NCBI RefSeq assembly: GCF_006345805.1
Contig: NC_043000.1
Location: 10,664,001-10,728,000 of the forward strand
DNA length: 64,000 nucleotides
Source: Octopus sinensis
Taxonomy: Eukaryota
Direction: 5' to 3'
In this document: positions 23,625 through 35,885 of the stretch, in pieces
Layout: each line of letters opens with the position of its first letter
Numbering within the stretch: the stretch's first letter is position 1
Program-made: the position numbers and the translations under genes
The notes under the pieces: generated by a model
Database searches by the model: none
What the model saw: only the letters and a program-made list of their open reading frames with translations
Told to the model about the DNA's origin: nothing

Positions 23625-25387
23625 GAAGTAAAATAGGATGGTCAAGGCTGGAATGCCCTTGGTCATTAGGCTACTCAATAAGAACAACATGAGCGAGGAT
23701 TCGATGTGGTCGCTGATCCTGATAGAAATAGCAACCAAATCCCCCTTAAATCATATCCTGTATCATAGACACATTGAATAACATAATCCTAGATACTGTT
23801 TAGAATACACAAAGAAATGGTCATGCTGGAATGCCATTGGTTTGAGGTCCACTGTTCATTCTGAGCACAGCCCGGGGTTAAACGACAAGAGCCAAATCAC
23901 ACCAAACTATCCTAAAAAGGCGGCGAGCTGGCAGAAACGTTAGCACGCCGGGCGAAATGCTTTGCGGTATTTCGTCTGCCGTTACGTTCTGAGTTCAAAT
24001 TCCGCCGGGGTCGACTTTGCCTTTCATCCTTTCGGGGTCGATTAAATAAGTACCAGTTACGCACTGGGGTCGATATAATCGACTTAATCCGTGTGTCTGT
24101 CCTTGTTTGTCCTCTCTGTGTTTAGCCCCTTGGGGATAGTAAAGAAATAGGATAATTGAAGTAAATTAGGATGGTCAAGCCTGGAATGCCTTTGGTCATT
24201 AGTCTACTCAATAAGAACAACATGAGCGAGGATTCGATGCGATCGCTGAACCTGCTAGAAATAGCAACTAAATCTCCCTTATCCTGTATCATAGACACAT
24301 TGAATAACATAATCCTAGATACTGTTTAGAATACACAAAGAAATGATCATGCTGGAATGCCTTTGGTTTGAGGTCCACTGTTCATTCTGAGCACAGCCCG
24401 GGGTTAAACGACAAGAGCCAAATCACACCAACTATCCTAAAAAGGCGGCGAGCTGGCAGAAGCGGTAGCACGCCGGGCGAAATGCTTTGCGGTATTTCGT
24501 CTGCCGTTTCGTTCTGAGTTCAAATTCCGCCGAGGTCTGACTTTGCCTTTCATCCTTTCGGGGTCGATTAAATAAGTACCAGTTACGCACTGGGGTCGAT
24601 ATAATCGACTTAATCCGTGTGTCTGTCCTTGTTTGTCCCCTCTGTGTTTAGCCCCTTGGGGATAGTAAAGAAATAGGATAATTGAAGTAAATTAGGATGG
24701 TCAAGCCTGGAATGCCTTTGGTCATTAGTCTACTCAATAAGAACAACATGAGCGAGGATTCGATGCGATCGCTGAACCTGCTAGAAATAGCAACTAAATC
24801 TCCCTTATCCTGTATCATAGACACATTGAATAACATAATCCTAGATACTGTTTAGAATACACAAAGAAATGATCATGCTGGAATGCCTTTGGTTTGAGGT
24901 CCACTGTTCATTCTGAGCACAGCCCGGGGTTAAACGACAAGAGCCAAATCACACCAAACTATCCTAAAAAGGCGGCGAGCTGGCAGAAACGTTAGCACGC
25001 CGGGCGAAATGCTTTGTGGTATTTCGTCTGAGTTCAAATTCCGCCAGGGTCGACTTTGCCTTTCAACCTTTCGGGGTCGATTAAATAGGTACCAGTTACG
25101 CACTGGAGTCGATATAATCGACTTAATCCGTGTGTCTGTCCTTGTTTGTCCCCTCTATGTTTAGCCCCTTGTGGGTAATAAAGAAATAGGTATTTCGTCT
25201 GCCGTTACGTTCTGAGTTCAAATTCCGCCGGGGTCGACTTTGCCTTTCATCCTTTCGGGGTCGATTAAATAAGTACCAGTTACGCACTGGGGTCGATATA
25301 ATCGACTTAATCCGTGTGTCTGTCCTTGTTTGTCCTCTCTGTGTTTAGCCCTTTGTGGGTAGTACAAAAAATAACTATCCTAAAAAG
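23625..25387 (+). repeat. Tandem triplication (~526-533-bp unit) of an older repeat flank plus a young family-A SINE, with an extra partial SINE copy
   Basis: Units start at gaagtaaa(a/t)taggatgg at 23625, 24158 and 24684; identical track ORFs 24122-24310 and 24648-24836 are offset by 526; TSD aactatcctaaaaag at 23905-23919 and 25373-25387. Confidence 0.92.
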
Positions 25388-25589
25388 AGAAAGACGAAAG
25401 ATTCATGTGGTCCTAAATACAGTATGTCTGAATCGGAGAGGAAGACAGTCACAGCTTAAACACATCTGATCATGGCTCAGCTGGGTCAGGGTCAAAAGTA
25501 AGAAGAGCAATAAAGGGAGAGGAAGAAAGCAATAAGGTTTAGTGAGAGGTGAAAACGAGGTGACAAGAAGAGACAACTCTTGCTACTTG

Positions 25590-25670
25590 ACTACGTGACG
25601 TGCGAGTGAATTGTATGCTGGGATATGCCACGTTGTTAGCGCATGCGTTGTAGGCGAGTCACTCGCTACC
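25590..25670 (+). promoter_or_regulatory. USO1 proximal promoter / 5' UTR with CRE/UPRE-like (TGACGTG, TGCCACGT) and NRF1-like (GCGCATGCG) motifs
   Basis: TGACGTG 25596-25602, TGCCACGT 25626-25633 and GCGCATGCG 25639-25647 in a locally CpG-rich patch just upstream of ATG 25677; function inferred. Confidence 0.55.
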
Positions 25671-25676
25671 ATCAAC

Positions 25677-25742
25677 ATGAATTACTTCCGAAAGGTTTTA
25701 GGAACTCCTCAAGGTGGCAATCAACCATCCAGTGCTGAGACG
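25677..25742 (+). CDS. USO1: USO1/p115 coding exon 1
   Basis: MNYFRKVLGTPQGGNQPSSAET followed by donor gtaaat; matches the p115 N-terminus (human MNFLRGVMGGQ...EAET) and joins exon 2 in phase 0. Confidence 0.9.
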
Positions 25743-26375
25743 GTAAATACCAAATACTATTCTAATGTTCGCACAACTCTTTCCGAATGTGTCAGCTATT
25801 TATTTCATCCATTTATGACTTAGTTGTGCCCTCCCTCAAGCGCTCACTCGGCAATATTCCTGCACCGGGTTCTATCGGCTGCTACGTCCCGTCTACAACA
25901 ATCATTATCATCACCATCACCTCTCTCTCTCTCCTTCTCTTCCCCAATCAATGTCTGTCATTCTGTATTTATGTAATAATAAGTCGAGTCTATACTAAAC
26001 ACAATTACCTCCTAATTTTCTCCTATTCGGTCCCTTATTATAGTAGATGACCTCTTCGTACACTCACTCAACACCAACTTAACTGACAAGACACATCACC
26101 GATAACCTGTTACGTGTTAACCTCTCACACGGTCCTTCTCCCTTTCTCTCTCTCTCTCTCTATGTGTGTGTGTGGATATTGAAAACCCCGAACCTGCATG
26201 ATTCGCTACTCGGAGTTTCCCCCTTCACTAACCCCCATATCAGTTTCCAGGACCGACCTACTGGAATTGTTTATATCGATGCATTTTGCTTGTCAAGCGC
26301 TCCTCTATCCATGCACATATGTCTCTCTCTTTCTCCTCTATGTATGTACATTATATATATATATATATATATATA

Positions 26376-26507
26376 CAGGGTGTCCCAAAAAAATGTATAC
26401 ACACCTTAAATAATTGTAAATTTGTTATTCTTTGTAAGCCTAGTACTTATTCTATCGTTTTCTTTTTGCCGAACCACTATGTGTATACATTTTTTTGGGA
26501 CACCCTG
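26376..26507. mobile_element. Tc1/mariner-type MITE (28-bp TIRs, TA flanks) with an internal SINE fragment
   Basis: cagggtgtcccaaaaaaatgtatacaca ... tgtgtatacatttttttgggacaccctg, inside (TA)n. Confidence 0.85.
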
Positions 26508-26652
26508 TATATATATATATATATATATATATCACCGTGACCGACCAGGCTATCACATGTTGCCACACATCGCTGGTCACAATGCGCTTCGCACTGCTTT
26601 AGCCTTCAGATGACGCCACCCCGCAGGCTAAGCGAGCAGGCCAATATATATA

Positions 26653-26708
<56 letters not shown>

Positions 26709-27338
26709 TATATATATATTTATATGTATGTATGTATGTCTCTTCATCTCAACAACTTCCCATCTCCCGTTAGCATGAGTAATATCCTGATTTGTTATCA
26801 CACTGAACTACGCCACTCATTCTGTTCTATACTATGCCATACTATGCTATACTATACTATGTTATCCTATACCTTTACTATATAAACCCAGTAAATTGTC
26901 TCCTCCTTCTCTCTCTACTGCCATTTATTTAATCATCAAGCTCACACACACACAGACTTAACTTGAGATTTTTTTCTCTCCCTACAACTCCACGACGCAC
27001 AGACAGACTCCCGGAGACGGCTGTATCTTGTACGATATTGAATTGAATACTTTATTGTATCCATATCTCTTGCTTTCAATTCACATCCGGCCACGAGCAA
27101 TAAAAATAAGTACCAGTAACATATTTGTGTCGATTCTGTGAATTCCGCTCCATTACCCTCTTTCTACAAAATTAAACTGTTTTGTTTTTAACGTACGCCC
27201 AATGTTTCTTATATGTCAACCCATCTACATCTCTCTCTTTCAATACTGTCCAAGTGAATCAATGATTCTCTAGGTTGTTACTCGATCTACTTGAAATAGC
27301 AGTCAAATCTCCTCATATTACACTCATAGTATCTTTAG

Positions 27339-27559
27339 CCCTTTCGTTACTGAATTTATTTTGAGATGTTCTGTTTTTCTCTCAATTATTTTAGATATAA
27401 CAATGAATTTAGTAAAATAACTTAGTTGTCATTAAACTAGTGATAGGAACATAAATTGTAACTAAGGTTTGGTGGAAGATTTTAATTCAAAACTTATGAA
27501 AACAAGACATTTGTACTGCAGAGCCAGAGCCGGTTTCAGCCAGGTTGGTAACGAAAGGG
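27339..27559. mobile_element. piggyBac-type MITE nested in an older repeat
   Basis: ttag|ccctttcgttac ... gtaacgaaaggg|ttaa; reverse-complement homolog of 37446-37663. Confidence 0.8.
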
Positions 27560-28839
27560 TTAAAAAAAAGTAAGACATATCGAATAATTCAGTCCTTTAT
27601 ACACTATATCTGTAATAAGGATAGAAAGGACATGATTGTCACGGCTGGAATGTCTTTGATCATTCGCATGTCTGTTTGATCAAACCCGGACCGGAGCTAT
27701 AAACAACACAACTGTTGCTCGGTAGCCTTACTTTAGACCTGCGTTGTGTATTACTCCTAAATCTGGTTACTGTTATCAATGCAATAAGATCGTTGTGACT
27801 ACCGATGATGTGTGAGTTAAACACGACCCGCCTCCTTGTGTGTCCAGCTGCTACGGCTGTGAGAAAATCATTGTCATCGCTGCTGCTGTTGTTTGTTTAA
27901 TGCTGCTGATGACACCGAAGTCAGATTCGGTTGGGGTTGACTCTTTTGTACTCAGTCGAATTAAAGAATCGGGTTTATTGATCCTGGTGGGACTTGGTTC
28001 ATCTGAGAGTCGAGTCTCGTATTTTTTATAATCGTAATATTTTAATATGCATATTACAATAAACAAAAGGAGGTGCACACTTTTCTGGACTGTCTCAGTT
28101 ATCCCTGGCGCCTTCCATGCTTTGCAGCTATTATTGTGTACGATATGTTTCAGTACTTCATTGTTTTGAGTTCAAATCATACTAGTGTCGACTTCCTTCG
28201 GACTTCACGGGTCTATAAAATAAATGCCAGTTGCTGTTTAGTTCCAGAATAGCCCCGGTTGAACAAATCTACGATCTAAAGCATTCCAACCACGATCGTT
28301 CCGTCTGTATGTAATGTGTCTGAAGATGACTAGTGTGATTCGAGGTCAATTTGATTCGTATTTCTCGCGGGTCGAACGTTTAACTGCTTATATATAAGTA
28401 TCAGTTGATTAACCCCGTGTTTGTGTGTGTCCGGAGCATATATTCTGGACACAAATTTATATTATTGTTTCCAAATCTAATTATACCCCCACGCCGCTGA
28501 ACCAAAAATTAAGTCATGTTGAAGTTGTATTAGTATAGAAATAGCATAAAGTTCGTATGTTTATATTTATACCAGAGTAACAAATTTTTCTAACAACCTC
28601 CTTACGCCACTGCTATGTATGTGTGTGTATATATGCGTGTGTGTGTGGTGCTCTAGCATGGCCCCAGTCAAATGACTGAAACAAGTAAAGGAGTTAAAAA
28701 AGACTATACCAGCCATAACTATCTTATTACTCTACTGCTCTTATAACTTAGAGAGTGTGCTTCTCTTTCGAGTTTATGATTTACTAACGATATATATATA
28801 TATATGCGTTCTTGTCCCATTTTGTATTATATATATATA

Positions 28840-29037
28840 GTGATGCATATATGCCATTTGAATATGGCTAACCCATAAGGGTGGATGCTACTGTAGTTTG
28901 TAGCCCCAGGAAGATATCTCCTCCAGCTGGCTATAGACACACTATCTGTGTCCTGTCAGTATTTGTGAAGGGGAGTCAAACTACAGTAGCATCCACCCTT
29001 ATGGGTTAGCCATATTCAAATGGCATATATGCATCAC
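28840..29037. mobile_element. MITE with perfect 61-bp terminal inverted repeats
   Basis: gtgatgcatatatgccatttgaatatggctaacccataagggtggatgctactgtagtttg and its exact reverse complement around a 76-nt spacer. Confidence 0.9.
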
Positions 29038-30179
29038 GATGTGTTGCCGCTACTGTTTATAACTCGCTCTGAGATTTATTATTGTTATATATATATATAT
29101 ATATGTATGAAAAGTTTTGAGCCTTGAAGTCTTGTACGTTCATCAGAAGTCTTGTACCATGTTTTTTTTTTTGAGGCTCAAGACTTCATACACCCATCGT
29201 ATAATATATATACATATATATATATATATGTATATATATAATGTATATATATAATGTATATATATAAATGGCGGTGCCCCAGCATGGCCACAGCTCATTA
29301 GCTGAAACTGGAAAAATCAAAAATCATATATAGACATGAAACTAGGTATTTGTATTTTTCGGTCGATAACTGATGAGGTATTAGGGTTCTGGTGTCTGCC
29401 CTACGTATAGGTTTTGTAGTATTTAATGTATTTTTTCCTTTATGGAATAAGTGAACGCCACGCACCCCGACTTATGTTTCAGCAAAAGAGACCGATAGAA
29501 TAAGTACTAGGCTTACAAAGAATAAGACCTGAGGTCGATTTGCTCGACTAAAGGCGGTGCTCCAGCACTGCCGCAGTCAAATGACTGAAACAAGTAAAAG
29601 AATATATAAATATATATATATCGCTGATGTATTTTAGAGAAGGATAGCCGAAAGAAAGACAAAAATAAAAAATAATAATAATAACGGTAGTTTGCGAGAG
29701 ATGTTAGTATCTTGCTACTTTTGACCTGTTCATAATGTATAACTAACGATACTATTGTTCACCAATAGCATTATAAAATAAGTAGATACATCAAAAACTT
29801 TATGTGCCTTTAGTTAAGTGTGGCAAACCCACACCCTCAAGAATCTAGCCAATTGATTTTAAAGTGATAACAAAAAATAAAAGGGGATTAGCGTTAATGA
29901 CAATGTTGAAAGGAAAACAAGGGAGAGAACCCTGAAATTTTAATTGATTAAAAATCAAATGGTGTACAGTGGAGAGTGAGTTTGATCATTGGTAAGTACA
30001 GTGACAACTTTGGACGTGTTTGGCCTTATTAGACTTCCTCAACATACCTGATCATAGAACCACTTTGACTGGATATGGTTTTCTTGTGAAGAAAATTTAC
30101 TGATTAAGCAATTTAAAATAACGACAATGAAACATTTCCCAAGAGTGAGTGTATGCAGAGGTTTGCACACACACACATA

Positions 30180-30235
<56 letters not shown>

Positions 30236-30911
30236 TACATTAACATTTATGTCATACATTTTTGTAGAGCTGTAAACATTTTTTAAAATTTATTTATTTT
30301 TCTCTTGATTGGAAATGTTTAGTCTGTTTTTAGATCAGTTTTTATTATCATTATTATTCATATCAGAATTATCTAATTTTATATGATTAAAAAAATTCTT
30401 TCTTGAAAATTTTTGATGAAATTATCTTTAAACTGTTTTATAAAGAGAGTTACAAATATGCAAGTATTATATTACAAACTGATAATTCTTTGCTTCCATT
30501 TTTAGAACATTTATAGGTAATAGTAAACATTCTGTATGAAAAATTAGTTTTCAGTTACTCCTGTGGAATACTACTACATACCATTTTGTAACATTAGCTG
30601 ACCAGGTTTCAGTAATATGTGTGTACGTGTGTGTTTTGCTAGAAAAGAGCCCAAACTTAGCTGCAGTAATTAAACAATCTTGTTTGCTTTTTGATATTCC
30701 CTGCTTTAAATATGTCAACACCAGCTTATCAATAAAAATGTCTGAGAAAAGGAACTGTGCAAAATATAGAATTGCTGTGTCAAGGTGGAATTCTAATGAA
30801 TAACTGTAGCTATTAATATTTAAATGATCATATGACCTAATTACCTTGTGCTGAGATTTCTTTTTACCTCCTACTCCTCCCTGAAGATTCTCCTTTCTAT
30901 CGTGGTACACC

Positions 30912-31270
30912 ATCAGTCACTACGACGAGGGTTCCAGTTGATCCGATCAATGGAACAGCCTGCTCATGAAATTAGTGTGTAAGTGGCTGAACACTCCAGA
31001 GACACGTATACCCTTAACATAGTTCTCAGGGAGATTTCAGCATGACACAGTGTGTGACAAGGCTGGCCTGTTGAAATGCAGGTACAACAGAAACAGAAAG
31101 AAAGAGTGAAAGAAAGTTGTGGTGAAAGAGTACTGCTAGAGTTCACCTTCCCCCCCCCTTGCTGGAGCCTTATGGAGCTTTTGATGTTTTCGCTCAATAA
31201 ACACTTACAACGCCCAGTCTGGGAATTGAAACCACAAGTCCGCTGTCCTAACCACTGAGCCATTGCACCC
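30912..31270 (-). mobile_element. tRNA-derived SINE (family D), near full length
   Basis: Minus-strand head ggggtgcaatggctcagtggttagg...ggtttcaattccc (A/B-box-like). Confidence 0.75.
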
Positions 31271-32899
31271 CACCTTCTTTTTATATATCTCGTTTGTACG
31301 GATATGACTTAAAACATTGATCTAATCAACTCTTTTTACATTAGCTTTAGCTTTATTGTGAAGTTTATTTCAAAGGAATTTGTTTTGTGTTTTATAAGTT
31401 TTCTTATTCTACATAATTGTTTTCCTAGAACTGTTTATTAGAATTTATTACAGCAATTTTAAATTTGGTTCTCTTAGGAATTGAACACCCATGTTATTGG
31501 CTTTTTTCTTAACATCTTTTGTTTCCTTTCAGTTAGAATGATCATAAATTCCAAGGACTTGCATTTTCCGATTAAACTCTTTTCTAAACAACTTTTAAAC
31601 TTACTAAAATGATTCGAAAGCAAAATTTATGAAATAATATATAAGTTTGTGTGGTGAGTTCCTATATTTATTGAAGAAATGAAATGTTCAAATTGTAGAA
31701 ACTCTTTAGCAAAGAAATTGAGAATTTCTTCAGTCTTACTCAGCCTACCTTAATCTAATGAGGGTGATGTTAACAATCTTTGTCATTCCATTCTGGTGAG
31801 ATTGAAGCAGTTGATATACTACCGGAACTACTGTTAAATGATATATGTAAGAAAAACTGACATTTGCAGCTTTGGTTACAAAGAAAGGACTGAGTGAAAT
31901 ATTTAATGTGGAGGTTTGTTGAGAAGAGGAAAGATGTATATCCATATTCAGTTCATGTCTACCATCATTCTTAATGCTCTCTCTCTCTTATCCATATGTT
32001 TCTCTATGAAGGTTCATTTCACATCTGTTCATATCCATTCTGGTTATACTACCAGCTTTCACTCCTTCCCTAGACCACTTATTTTCAACATCCATCACCT
32101 TCTCTCTTATCACATATTTTTATTATTATCCATCACTAGGTCTCTCTCTCACCAGAAAATATGCAGTTGCCGTCACTGTCTCTCTTCTATTACTCTTTGC
32201 CATCCTGTTGCCTGAGTCGGAACATAACTTCTCTTCAATATATCTAGTACACTGTAAAATTGTTGATGGTAGGAAGGGCATCCAATAATAGAGCTTGTAT
32301 TGAAAATGGAGTCTATGAAAGGGACATGTTCCAATGATTCTGAATAAAAACTGATTCAGACTATGGCAACTCCACCAGCCCATGCATGTGTGGAAAGTGA
32401 ATGCAATATATATGTGTATGCGTGTGCATGCATGTGGGTGTATGTGTGTATATATGAATGGATATATTTTTGACATCATATGAGTTTTATAAACTTTTGA
32501 AAGAATGTGAATTCATTTTCAGAATGGTGGATCTTGAAACACATGAAGCTGTGAAAAAAACAATAGCATGTAAATAATGGATTATAAAACCCCTTTTGAA
32601 TAGAAAAAGTCAAGGTATTCTGGCATTAACCAAAAATATGTCTCACAAAAACAATACAGCAGTTAGTTTAGTTGAGTGGAAAACATTACTACTCTAACAG
32701 AACTAATCTGGTTTCAGAGAAATTATATTAAAATCAGACACAAACATCTTACAGACATTGTAACAAAACAAAATTGCACATCAGCTTGAAAGAGAATGGA
32801 ATTGACAACCTCGGTAACCTGGCTGAAATCTTAAAACCTCATAAAAAATAGGCCTCATTTCTGGTTCTATATAGTACAACCTTATACAGTGTTTTGTTA

Positions 32900-33145
32900 T
32901 GCTTGACTGGCACCCATGGCAGTGGCACATAAAAAGTGGCATTTGTGTGTAGCCCATGCCAGTGCCACCTGGCTGGCACTTGAAAAGCACCCACCACACT
33001 CTCGGAGTGGTTGGTGTTAGGAAGGGCATCCAACTGTAGGAACCTTGCCTAATCAGAGTGGGTCCTGGTGCAGCCTCCCAGCTCTGTCAAACCGTCCAAC
33101 CCATGTCAGCATGGAAAGTGGACATTAAACGACAATGATGGTGAT
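32900..33145 (+). mobile_element. Family-C SINE
   Basis: aaaagcacccaccacactctcggagtggttgg...gacattaaacgacaatgatggtgatg. Confidence 0.8.
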
Positions 33146-33886
33146 GATATATATATATATTTATACACACACACATTATTTGTGTGTGTGTATATGTGAG
33201 TCTGAAGGATACAGAAAAAATGCAATAAATACAGGGCTGCTATTGATTACAAAACTGTACCATAAAGAGTGCCCTCAACTACTAGTTGGGGGCCAGAGTT
33301 CTGAATTAGAAAGCAACAGGTATCAACATGACTGAATTTAGTTGTCAGCAATTTGGTATCTTGTTGTCATTCATTGACTTCTTTGATGTTCAGCAAGCAG
33401 AACATGTCAGATCAATTGGTTAGCAGACTTGAAATGTATGTAGTTTTGACAACACCACCTGTTTAATCAGTTGTTCAGTGTTGTTGTTGCTGCTACTCAG
33501 ATGAGCTCTGCTTGAGGAAGCCTATAATTAATGTTGTTTCAGCTGTAATTGTTGTCTTTTCTTTTCTTCCAGGCATAGCACATCTGGGACTATATTTTCT
33601 GGGGGTTTTTTTTCTTTCTTTCTTTTTTGTTGTTTTTTTCTTTTAAGAACATAGATTGTGCTTTAATTTCTAGTAACCACTTGGATGTTTCCTCAACACT
33701 AGAATGCAGATGACTTTTATCTAGAGATTAAATTGTAACACTGCTCACTGTGTTCCTATCTAACCATCTCACATTCTAATGAAATTTTCCCTCTGTCATT
33801 CTGCTCACTCACCTAATCCTTACCTCTGTATCACTTCACCATTAATTACCCACCCTCACTGTACCTTGAAAATATGTTCTGATACA

Positions 33887-34056
33887 TCATCATCATCGTT
33901 TAACGTCCGTTTTTCGCGTTAGCACGGGTTGGACGGTTCGACCGTGGTCTGGGAAGCCAGGGGCTGCACCAGGCTCCAGTCTGATCTGGCAGTGTTTCTA
34001 CAGCTGGATGCCCTTCCTAACGCCAACCACTCCGCGAGTGTAGTGGGTGCTTTTTA
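33887..34056 (-). mobile_element. Family-C SINE, inverted relative to 32900-33145
   Basis: catcatcatcatcgtttaacgtccg...ctggatgcccttcctaacgccaaccactcc. Confidence 0.8.
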
Positions 34057-34883
34057 CATCCTGTATTTTTCTTTATGTCTCTTTCTTGCTCTTCTTCTCC
34101 AGCTGGGATATCCTTGTAATTACTCAACAGCAAAACACCTGTCTCTATCCCTCTATTATTCTTTTAACTAATCATCAACTGGTACAAAGTCACTTCCCTC
34201 AATACTCTCCCCCCCCCCAATGAGGGGACTTAGTTTTGTCTTGCAAGTTACTAGGTAACTCCACTGATGCATGTGCCATGAAAAAGCACCCAGTACATTC
34301 TGTAAAGTGGTTGACATTAGGAAGGGCATCCGGTTATAGAAACTGTTTCAAAACAGACAATAGAGTTTGACACAGCTTGCCAGCTTTTGTCAAACCACCC
34401 ATGCCAGCATGGGGAACAGATGATTAATGATGATGAAAGATACATTTAAGAAATTTCAAAGAAACTTTTCAATAAGTTGATAATTTTGTTCCTCATATGA
34501 TCTTGCTTCACATTTCATGTATGTAGCATGGTAGTAAAGTCAACCTTACACATATACATTAAACTGTCTGCCTATTATATGTCTGAAAAATCTGCTTGTT
34601 GATGATTGAGATAAAATAGCTCCCTGATTTTCTTACACTGCATACTTCACTGGTTTTTGCCTCAATTCTAGTTCTAGTTATGCCCCATAAATAACAGACA
34701 TAATCTACAAGTAGTGTACAATTTCAGCAATTTGTAGGCTTTATTTCAAGGGCCATGTACATTTGAAGTAATAGTTCTCTATCAATTTAAAAAAAAATCT
34801 TATGACACCGTTCCTTATACCATATAGACAGCACTGAATCCCTACCTTCTCCTTTCCGACATATTGAGTACATTCACTTCTAA

Positions 34884-35140
34884 AATGGTGTATTGTAGCA
34901 TTGATTTGTGTATTTACTGGTTTATTTCAGTGTTGGTTTTTGTACTCATTGGTGTTTTGTAATGTTAAAACTGTATACTCATTGGAATAATGTAGCATTG
35001 ATTTAGGTACTCATTGGTATATTGTAGTGTTTATATGTGTGCATATTAGTGTATTATTATAGTGTTGATCTGTGTACTTATTAGTATATTATAATATTGA
35101 TCTGTGTAGTCATTGGTGTTTTATAGTGTTAACATGTATA
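34884..35140. repeat. Degenerate minisatellite (~31-bp unit, ~8 copies) just upstream of USO1 exon 2
   Basis: Recurring ttggtgtattgtagcattgatttgtgtactca-like unit. Confidence 0.65.
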
Positions 35141-35185
35141 ATTTCTGGGGTATTCACTGGTATTCATCTCTTATATATTTGACAG

Positions 35186-35272
35186 ATTGAAAGACTCTGT
35201 GATAGAGTTCAGTCTTCGACATTATTGGAAGATCGACGAGATGCTGTCCGTGCCCTTAAATCATTATCAAAG
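35186..35272 (+). CDS. USO1: USO1/p115 coding exon 2
   Basis: tttgacag|IERLCDRVQSSTLLEDRRDAVRALKSLSK|gtaaga; highly conserved p115 head motif. Confidence 0.97.
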
Positions 35273-35724
35273 GTAAGAATATTTTTCTGAACATATTGAT
35301 TTTGTTAATGTTATTGCTATGTTTTGTGTTTAAAATTTCCAGATAGTTGCTTAAGGTACCTAATCTCTCCTGTGGTCCCATAGAACTACCACTCAACTTC
35401 ATTCTCTACAGCATTTTAGTAAATGGAAGAGAAATGTTCTCTGAATGGAATAGTTTTAGAAAAAGTACACCACATCTCTGCATGCATAAGAGACACCTGA
35501 AAAGTTTGGCAATGGAAAGGGCATCCTGTTGTATGAAACAGCAGCAGCAGAACAACTGAGGAGAAATTTTATCATAGGAAGGATTAAACTTAGCATTAGA
35601 ATTTAATAAAATACTGTGCTAATGTTATCATTGCCCACTGCAACATTAAGTGGATATTGGCCGTGGACACCACAAACAACTAGCAACAAGATATGTGTAT
35701 GTGTATATATTGCTAGCCACTACA

Positions 35725-35885
35725 CATTCTTTATTTTCTCTCCTTGTTTCTGTCTATGTTCCTTTCTGTGGAAGAGCGTAGGCTCGAAATGTTAAAGACT
35801 TTTTCACTTCCTAAGTGTTATACTAATACATCTATTTGTTATCTACACCACCTGTCTTCGTCTTTTGTTTTTTTGTGTGAATTCT
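35725..35885 (+). mobile_element. Solo Penelope-type terminal repeat with hammerhead-like motif (35766-35794)
   Basis: Reverse-complement homolog of the 3' terminal repeat of the Penelope-like element at 60205-60350. Confidence 0.65.

Noticed and set aside
24122-24836. Two identical 62-aa ORFs as a duplicated gene
   Set aside because: They are antisense read-throughs of the triplicated repeat unit
27851-28078. 75-aa minus ORF as a protein-coding gene
   Set aside because: It begins upstream of the putative TATA/Inr, has no homology that I recognise, and fits a 5' UTR better
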